From positions 1-25,357 of the forward strand of contig JBCCQY010000138.1 of assembly GCA_039208735.1 (NCBI GenBank): a DNA stretch of 25,357 nt, given 5' to 3'. Below are positions 17,565-25,357 of this stretch, one piece after another. Made by a program: the position numbers and the translations under genes. The notes under the pieces were generated by a model that was not told the DNA's origin, did not search any database, and was given only the letters and a program-made list of their open reading frames with translations. Every line of letters begins with the position of its first letter. Position 1 is the stretch's first letter. The stretch is from Myxococcota bacterium. GTDB lineage: Bacteria > Myxococcota_A > UBA796 > GCA-2862545.

Positions 17565-19508
17565 ATGGCGGACACCCAATCCCGTTCTCCCGCATTTGCC
17601 GAATGGCGAGGACATCGGCTTCCTCGCGAAGCCTGTGAGGTACTCGAGGCCGCGCCCTCGGTCGCAGTGGCGTCGACGGTCGACGATCTCGTCGCGCTCG
17701 CGGTCAAGGACGCAGACGGCGGCTTTCACGATGTGCGCTACACCGTAGCCGGACAGGGCGAGGTCCTCGAGGCCAGGGTCTGTCGGGTGCGAAACGGGAT
17801 CTCGGCGAACTACGTCGAGCCCTACATGCGACGGCGGGACCCCAACTGCCTCCTCATCGGCGACGACCTCCCGACGAACAAGGTGCGCTACGCCGAGCGC
17901 TTCGGCAGCTCCTTCGACGAGGTCCGCACGCAGACGTTCGAGTGGCTGGGCACCCAGCCGCTCGCCGTCTTCGCCTTCACCGCTGGCATCGAGGAAGAAG
18001 GGGTCGACGCGTTCGTGATCGCACCGGCCAACGCCGGGTTCTTTGCGATGGGACTCGCGCTGCTGCAGGGCATCCGACCATTCGATACTCTGGATGCGTC
18101 GTTTGAGCCTCGGGCCATCCTCTATGTGGCGCCGCCCTTCCGCCACACCCACTTCGACGGCAAGCAGGTGGTCGTCCACCGACGGACCAACGAGGTCCAC
18201 GAGCTCTACAGCTACAACCTCTATCCGGGCCCAAGCGCGAAGAAGGGGATCTACGGCGTCCTCATCAACAAGGGGGAGCACGAGGGCTGGATCACGGCTC
18301 ACTGCGCCACCGTCGAGGTGACCACTCCGTACGACAACACCGTGGGCATCATGCACGAGGGGGCCAGCGGCGGCGGCAAGAGCGAGATGCTCGAGCAGGT
18401 ACACCGCGAAGAGGACGGCCGGCTTCTGCTAGGCGTGAACGTGGTGACGGACGAGCGGGCGCAGGTCCACCTGCCGCGATCGTGTCACCTCGCCCCAGTG
18501 ACCGACGACATGGCGCTCTGTCCGGCCCACATCCAGAACCGCACCCGCCAGCGGAAGCTGGTGCTGATGGATGCCGAGGAAGCCTGGTTCATTCGGGTCA
18601 ATCACATCACCCAGTACGGCACCGACCCACACCTCGAGCGCCTCACCACCCAGCCCCCGGAGCCTCTGCTCTTCCTGAACATCGACGCCCAGCCCGGCAG
18701 CCGGGCCCTCATCTTCGACCACATCGAGGATGCCCCTGGTGTGCCCTGCCCGAACCCGCGCGTAGTGGTCCCGCGACGCATCGTTCCCGGCGTCAAGAAT
18801 GGCCACGTACGCGTCGACATCCGCAGCTTCGGTGTTCGCACGCCGCCGTGCACCCGAGAGCAGCCCAGCTACGGCATCATCGGGCTGTTCCACATCCTGC
18901 CGCCAGCGCTCGCGTGGCTCTGGCGTCTCGCCGCGCCTCGTGGTCACGCGAACCCGAGCATCACGGACACGACGGGGATGACGTCGGAGGGGGTGGGCTC
19001 CTACTGGCCGTTCGCGACGGGACGACGGGTCGATCAGGCCAACCTCCTCCTCGAGCAGATCCTGGCCACGACGGACACGCTGTTCGTGCTGTGCCCGAAC
19101 CAGCACATCGGGTCCTGGAAGGTGGGCTTCATGCCACAGTGGCTCGCTCGCGAGTACCTCGCGCGCCGCGGGGTCGCGCGTTTCCGGAGCCATCAGCTCA
19201 AGCCATCGCGATGCTCGCTGCTCGGCTACTCGATGCGCTCTGTCCAGATCGAGGGCACCCTGCTCGACACTGGCTTGCTGCAGGTCGAGACGCAGCCGGA
19301 GGTCGGGACGGAGGCCTACGACGTCGGCGCGAAACAGCTCACGGAGTTCTTCCACGAGCAGATCGCCCTGTACCTGCACGATGATCTGAATCCAATCGGT
19401 CGCGAGATCATCGAGAAGTGCCTCGCCGGCGCAGGGGTCGAGGCGTACGCCCAGATGACGGAGAACGCCGCACTGCCACCTGCCTTCACGAAGAGCGTGT
19501 CAGCCTGA
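17565..19508 (+). CDS. DUF4914 family protein (P-loop, PEP-carboxykinase-like fold)
   Basis: NYVEPYMRRRDP, YVAPPFRHTHF, YNLYPGPSAKKGIYG, HEGASGGGKSEM P-loop, VTDDMA, CPNPRV, SEGVGSYWPFATG; SD AGGAG. Confidence 0.88.
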   Translation: MADTQSRSPAFAEWRGHRLPREACEVLEAAPSVAVASTVDDLVALAVKDADGGFHDVRYTVAGQGEVLEARVCRVRNGISANYVEPYMRRRDPNCLLIGDDLPTNKVRYAERFGSSFDEVRTQTFEWLGTQPLAVFAFTAGIEEEGVDAFVIAPANAGFFAMGLALLQGIRPFDTLDASFEPRAILYVAPPFRHTHFDGKQVVVHRRTNEVHELYSYNLYPGPSAKKGIYGVLINKGEHEGWITAHCATVEVTTPYDNTVGIMHEGASGGGKSEMLEQVHREEDGRLLLGVNVVTDERAQVHLPRSCHLAPVTDDMALCPAHIQNRTRQRKLVLMDAEEAWFIRVNHITQYGTDPHLERLTTQPPEPLLFLNIDAQPGSRALIFDHIEDAPGVPCPNPRVVVPRRIVPGVKNGHVRVDIRSFGVRTPPCTREQPSYGIIGLFHILPPALAWLWRLAAPRGHANPSITDTTGMTSEGVGSYWPFATGRRVDQANLLLEQILATTDTLFVLCPNQHIGSWKVGFMPQWLAREYLARRGVARFRSHQLKPSRCSLLGYSMRSVQIEGTLLDTGLLQVETQPEVGTEAYDVGAKQLTEFFHEQIALYLHDDLNPIGREIIEKCLAGAGVEAYAQMTENAALPPAFTKSVSA

Positions 19509-19691
19509 TCAGAGGGTGGAATCGGTGTAATCGAGCGCGGCGTCTGCGACATGCCCTACCGTCTTCGAGTACTGTCGCGGGCACCGAGCCCATCAAGCGG
19601 ACCGACGACGTCCTCTCGCTCGTGCCGCTTCGCACGAAATGCCGGGCAAGCCTGTGCGTAGTAGCGTTGCACGAACCGGGAGGACGAGACG

Positions 19692-20186
19692 ATGAGTGGT
19701 ATCCGCTACACAGCCGACGGCTTCGCAACCCGGCTGGTGAAGCGCGACGAGGACGGCTGGTTCGGCCAGGTAGAGCCATCGAAGAGCCGTGGTGTCGTCG
19801 ACGCTCACCCACTGTACTACGACGTCGCTCTCGCGGTCTTCGTGATGCTCTTCGAGCTCATCCGGCACTTGGCTCGAGTCGCCCCCTGGGCGCCGTGGCG
19901 GTTCTCCCTCTCGCGGGGTCGGTTGACGCTGCGGATGCGTGGGCGGCGGCACACTCAGCTCCTCCGTGCGCTGCGGGAGGTCGGGGTGGACGACAACGGA
20001 CTGGTCCTGGACTTCGATGATGGGCGGCAATGGACGATTCCTGCGCAGCCCGTCGCGGTGGTGGACCTCAACGAACTCGCCGACTACCTCCGCGACGCCT
20101 CGCGTTCCGAACGGAGAGCAGAGGTCGACGAGCGGGAGCGAGCTCGCCCTGGCCGGGCCAGCCCGGAGGGAACGATGGCGCGATGA
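19692..20186 (+). CDS. Hypothetical protein with one predicted TM helix
   Basis: SD GGGAGG before ATG, GC3-rich codons, hydrophobic YYDVALAVFVMLFELI segment. Confidence 0.65.
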   Translation: MSGIRYTADGFATRLVKRDEDGWFGQVEPSKSRGVVDAHPLYYDVALAVFVMLFELIRHLARVAPWAPWRFSLSRGRLTLRMRGRRHTQLLRALREVGVDDNGLVLDFDDGRQWTIPAQPVAVVDLNELADYLRDASRSERRAEVDERERARPGRASPEGTMAR

Positions 20187-20285
20187 CACTCTTGCTGGAC
20201 AGAGGACCCCGAACGGTGGGTGGATCCCACCGCCATAGGGCCGGGTCCGTGTCGAGGGAGCCGCGTCCGCTTGCCGATTCTCTCA

Positions 20286-20702
20286 TCAACCATCCAGGTC
20301 CTGACAGTCCTCGAACCGAACTGTGGCATCCGCGACGCCCCACTGGAATAAGGCGCTCCAGGAATCCATCGAGAAAAACCAGCCTTCATCCGATTGGCTC
20401 TGGTATGTAGCCTTGAACCACCCGTCCTGTACGAGTCGCTCAGGAGCTTCGAGGAGCACGACTCCTGGCAGCTCGGATGCTCCAAGGTCGTATGCCAGTT
20501 CTTCGAAAGGCAGTTCGCCGACCTCCAGCGCCGTGACGTGGTTGCTGCTGTCGCAGAGCGTGGCCAAATCGGCGTTCACATCGGTAAGCGGTTCGCCCCT
20601 CACGCACCCTCGGCCTCGCGGGCGCCCGCTCAACCCTCAACCTGGCCAAACTCCGGCAATTTCCTTGAACCCTCTCCGGCCCTCACTCACGAAACGGTCC
20701 AT
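20286..20702 (-). pseudogene. Hypothetical acidic protein with an in-frame TGA (20637-20639), coupled to the upstream LRR gene
   Basis: ATG overlaps the LRR stop (TAATG); 21 codons, then TGA, then the same frame continues as ORF 20286-20633. Confidence 0.35.
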
Positions 20703-22468
20703 TAGCTGGTTACCCAGGCATCTTCCGACACACCTCGAATGTCTTGAAGGCATGGCCAAGCCGAAAGGGCCTGCTTCAGAAGTTCCCGAGCCGGTTCGTC
20801 CGCCCGGGAATCGAGACCTCCGGATTCCCCGAAGTCCACAACTTCGAGGTTTCGGAGCACGGGACTCTGAATCAACGTCTCAAGACCCGCCGAGCCAAGG
20901 GCCGAAAGTGGCATACCGAGCCGTCTGACCTGCGACATCACCGGAGACGTCGCCAGCGTCTTGAGGCTTGGCAGCGCAATTTTGTAGGGCGAAAATCGAA
21001 GCTCGTGGGGGCGCAGGTGCGGCGAGGTCGCCAATATGTCGGCGGCCTCTACGGGGAGGTTTTCGTCCCCAAGGTGCAAGACGCGAAGCCCCGCCAAGTT
21101 CGGTGACGCGGCAAGCCGTTCAAGGCCCTCCAACCCAAGCCCGACCCGCATGAGGGCGAAGTGACGGAGTTGGCGAGCCAAAGGCGAATCGACGAGGATT
21201 TGAACGCCCTCGATGCCAAGCGGGTTGTTGGACAGGTCGAGGAGGGTCAACCGAGGCACAAAAGCCTGGCCCAATGCGGGCATGGCGTCGGCTCGCAAGG
21301 CGTTGGTGACCAGGCGCAACTCCTCGAGCGCACCGAGGTCGGCCGTAAGCAACGCTTCGAGTCCCCGACCTTCGAGGCCCTCGGGCCCCATTCGCCACGC
21401 CCGCGACACGAGATGCACGCCAAGATCGATCACCCGAACCCGGGCCAGCGCTCCCGAGGCCGCGAGCTGCGCCAGCGCGGCGGGCTCGAGTCCCCGTGCC
21501 GAGAGGCGCAGCGTCAGTCCGCCTTGTTCAGACTTCGGCCCTTCGTTTCGCAGGGACAGTTCGGTAAGCCGAGGCAGGGCGGGACTGGTCATCAAGGCGA
21601 CGAGGTCTTGAATGCTCCCGTCAAAGCCGCGTGCCTCCACCCGTTCAAGAGCCGGCAATCCGCCCCCGGCCACCGCGCGCGAGGCCTCCGACCCAATGCC
21701 GCGCAGCCGCAGTTCGCGGAGTTTGGGACACGATCCGGACTGCGCCAACCCCGCCACCAGCGTCTCGCTCCGGTCGGTCAGGCGCAAGCGCTCCAGAACG
21801 GCCAGGCCCTTCGCATTCGAAAGGGAGAGGGCCTGCGCATCGGGACCCGTGTGCCAAAGGTTGGCGGAATGCAATCGCCAAGGTCCCTTGGCAAGACTCT
21901 CCAAATCGGAGGACGTCACTCGACCCACAAACAGCTCGATTCCCGCCAGGTTGGGGATGCCGATCAGTCGCGCGAGAAGTCCCTCCGCCCCACGCCCGTG
22001 GAGCCGGAGCCCGCGGAGTCGGTGCAGGGCCTTGGCTTCCGTAAACGCCGCGACGATGGCGTCGGGATCGCCTTGGTCGACATCGAGGTCGAGGATTGCG
22101 ATCAAGCGAGCATCGCGATGATCGAGCTGGTTCACCGTGGCCTTCAACGTGTCTACGGACCTGCCAACCGAGACCGCGAACCCACACGCCACCTGCGGCA
22201 AGATCGTGCTGCCAAGGTCCAACGACTGCGAAGAAAGCCACGGCTTGTCGCGCTGCAATCCGATGGCGTGGGCACGTTGTCGCACGTCCTCGGATTGGTA
22301 GTAGCGGTGCAAGGCATGGATCAAGGCACCCCGCTCATCCCCTTCCTCCAGCAGCGCATCGGCAAACACCAGCCAGTCTTCCGGGTTGCGGATCGCCTCG
22401 AAACCCGGCCATGCACCTTGGTGAAAAACGAGTTCGCGCCGCAAACGGTCGAGAAGCCGGTCGTCCAT
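20702..22468 (-). CDS. Leucine-rich repeat protein with N-terminal TIGR02996-like domain
   Basis: WLVFADALLEEGDERGALI N-terminal motif; LRRs such as LEELRLVTNALRAD, LTLLDLSNNPLGIEG, LAASPNLAGLRVLHLG. Confidence 0.85.
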   Translation of the reverse strand: MDDRLLDRLRRELVFHQGAWPGFEAIRNPEDWLVFADALLEEGDERGALIHALHRYYQSEDVRQRAHAIGLQRDKPWLSSQSLDLGSTILPQVACGFAVSVGRSVDTLKATVNQLDHRDARLIAILDLDVDQGDPDAIVAAFTEAKALHRLRGLRLHGRGAEGLLARLIGIPNLAGIELFVGRVTSSDLESLAKGPWRLHSANLWHTGPDAQALSLSNAKGLAVLERLRLTDRSETLVAGLAQSGSCPKLRELRLRGIGSEASRAVAGGGLPALERVEARGFDGSIQDLVALMTSPALPRLTELSLRNEGPKSEQGGLTLRLSARGLEPAALAQLAASGALARVRVIDLGVHLVSRAWRMGPEGLEGRGLEALLTADLGALEELRLVTNALRADAMPALGQAFVPRLTLLDLSNNPLGIEGVQILVDSPLARQLRHFALMRVGLGLEGLERLAASPNLAGLRVLHLGDENLPVEAADILATSPHLRPHELRFSPYKIALPSLKTLATSPVMSQVRRLGMPLSALGSAGLETLIQSPVLRNLEVVDFGESGGLDSRADEPARELLKQALSAWPCLQDIRGVSEDAWVTS

Positions 22469-22477
22469 GAATAGGAG

Positions 22478-24268
22478 CTATCGATCTTCGAGCCAGAATC
22501 CGCCCGGCACCCCATGCACCTGCCGCAATGCAGGCCAGATGTCGCGGGCCCGCCGCAACCAAGGCCGCGCCTTCCGCATGGCCTCCGCGTTCCAAAGCCC
22601 CACCCCCAACACTTCGATGCGCTTGGTGAATGGGCTCTCGACCAAGTACGGCAACCCCTCAACGGGCATTCGGCTTAACGACAGTTCCTCGACGTTGGAA
22701 AGTACCGGCGAAGCGGCCAGGGCCTCGACATCGGCCAGGTCATAGTCCATGGGCTCGATGGTGAGCACACGAGGACGGAGGCGCGGGGAAGCCGCCAGGC
22801 ACGACAGTCCTGAACTGTGGGGGAGCGCAATCTGGAGGTGCTCGAGGCGCTGAAGCAGGGGGGAGGCGCTGAGGGCTTCGATGCCGGGTAGGCCCGCAAC
22901 GTTCGGGAGCAACTTCAAGACCCGAAGCTGAGCCAGGATCGGCAAGTCGGCCAGCACCCTCATGCCATCGTTTCCCAATGGGTTCGATTGCAGTCGGAGC
23001 GTGTCGAGCGACGTCAGCCTTTGGCCATCGAGCTGCGCAAGGTCGTGAGCCCTCAGCCCCACCCCGAAGAACGCCAACGACGTCAGGCGGCTGAGGTCGG
23101 GCGCGGCCAACAACGCATCGAGGAAGCCAGGACCCAACTCGCAGTTGCCCAGTTCGAGTTCCGCCACCCTTCCTAAGGCACCCGATCGCGCGATTCGCTC
23201 CAGGCTCTCCCGGGCCAAAAACGACCCATTGCGCTCCCGAGCCAACGACCGCAGCCGTACCGGATGTGCATCCGGTAGGGGAGCCATCTCGAAAAGACCC
23301 TCGCCGATGGACACCGCGATGCGGTCGATGCGCAACGTCTCGAGCATCGGAAGGCCGGGACTGGCGATCAGCCGGGCGAGCCCGTACTCGGTGCCCTCGT
23401 ACGAATCCATGTGGAGCTTCGCGAGGCGGGGCAGCTTGGTCGATGTGGCCAGCGGCTGCGCATCTTCGCTTCGCAAGGCCCCCAGCCGCAGCCGATGAAG
23501 CCTGGGCAACCCAAATCGATCCGCCAATCCCGGCAACTCGGTCACCCGACCTTGGGTCTCCAACACTTCGAGGTCTTGCAGTCCCGGAGCGTCATCCAAC
23601 GGCGCAGGCGCAGAGGGGGTAATCAGCCGACGATGGCGGGTTGGGGTCACGAGCCGGAGGGCCAACAACCGCCACGTTCCCTGGGCCAAGGCCGCAAAGC
23701 CGCTCCAATCCACGTTGACGGTGACAGCCACGATGCCTTGGAGATGAGGCGCTCGCATCAGTTGCCGGACGCCCCGCCCATCCAAGGGAATCCGCGACAG
23801 ATTCAGATGGCGCAACCCGGGGATCGGAGCGTCGCACAGGCGATCCACGACCACTGAACTTTCCTGTACCGGAGCCAAGAGTTCGACACTTGCAAACAAA
23901 CCGGCCTCGGGTTCGTCAAGCACCGAAGCGAGGGGGGCGAGGTCCTCGAGGTGAGCCCCGAGATGAACCGTAAACCCGTACATCTCCCCCAGGGGGCGAT
24001 GTTCGAGATGCGGCAACGGGGGTCGCCAGGGGTCCGGCAAGCTGGCCTTGTGTCGCCGCAACCTCTCGATGTCACGGCCGTGCCCCGTCTCGCGGACCCG
24101 ACGCCGCAGCACGATCGCCTTGCCCCTCGGATCGCCTGCTTCCAACAGCGCGTCGGCAAACACCCGGACCGTGGGTGAATCCGGCCCGGCTTCCCAGCGA
24201 AGCCCCGAGTGCTCCCAAGCTTCTCGCCCAACCTCGCCGCGTACCCGATCGAGTAGCTCATCGTCCAT
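22478..24268 (-). CDS. Leucine-rich repeat protein with N-terminal TIGR02996-like domain (paralogue)
   Basis: VRVFADALLEAGDPRGKAI motif; LRHLNLSRIPLDGRG, LELGNCELGPG, LDTLRLQSNPLGNDG, LAASPRLRP. Confidence 0.85.
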   Translation of the reverse strand: MDDELLDRVRGEVGREAWEHSGLRWEAGPDSPTVRVFADALLEAGDPRGKAIVLRRRVRETGHGRDIERLRRHKASLPDPWRPPLPHLEHRPLGEMYGFTVHLGAHLEDLAPLASVLDEPEAGLFASVELLAPVQESSVVVDRLCDAPIPGLRHLNLSRIPLDGRGVRQLMRAPHLQGIVAVTVNVDWSGFAALAQGTWRLLALRLVTPTRHRRLITPSAPAPLDDAPGLQDLEVLETQGRVTELPGLADRFGLPRLHRLRLGALRSEDAQPLATSTKLPRLAKLHMDSYEGTEYGLARLIASPGLPMLETLRIDRIAVSIGEGLFEMAPLPDAHPVRLRSLARERNGSFLARESLERIARSGALGRVAELELGNCELGPGFLDALLAAPDLSRLTSLAFFGVGLRAHDLAQLDGQRLTSLDTLRLQSNPLGNDGMRVLADLPILAQLRVLKLLPNVAGLPGIEALSASPLLQRLEHLQIALPHSSGLSCLAASPRLRPRVLTIEPMDYDLADVEALAASPVLSNVEELSLSRMPVEGLPYLVESPFTKRIEVLGVGLWNAEAMRKARPWLRRARDIWPALRQVHGVPGGFWLEDR

Positions 24269-24376
24269 GCACCCAGGCTACCCCGCAAGAAGTTGTCAAA
24301 GACGCCCTGCGCCCTACCTGCCACTTTGGTGGCGATACGGTAGTCTCCGCTGCCGAACTCGTGCTGAGGACACCTC

Positions 24377-25357
<981 letters not shown>

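Noticed and set aside
21161..22474. Long antisense ORFs (e.g. 437 aa here, 8093-9412, 6427-7851)
   Set aside because: They lie opposite well-supported genes; long stop-free antisense frames are expected with GC3-rich codon usage.

Overview
High-GC bacterial chromosomal window. The gene content (TIGR02996-type LRR proteins, DUF4914, sigma54-like promoters) suggests a Myxococcota/Deltaproteobacteria- or Planctomycete-like host; this is inference only. The left part (1-9307) is ordinary accessory metabolism: a partial SDR, an XRE/MmyB regulator plus epimerase, an NmrA/LysR divergent pair, methionine aminopeptidase, an esterase, DUF2855 and an orphan sensor kinase. The middle (about 9300-15600) is a patchwork of intact and damaged genes: a headless beta-propeller next to a TetR operator, an IS21 istA remnant, an orphan AetD-like diiron (HDO) enzyme, a molybdoenzyme small/large-subunit deletion fusion, and an ABC ATPase with an internal deletion. 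It also holds a ~220-nt highly base-paired non-coding element (13825-14043) that I cannot assign to a known family; this is the best candidate for something new. The right part has an ABC permease and AraC regulator, DUF4914 behind a sigma54-like promoter, two tandem TIGR02996-like LRR paralogues, and a MoxR AAA+ ATPase that runs off the window (not in the supplied ORF track). All family calls come from motif recognition by eye; no searches were run.
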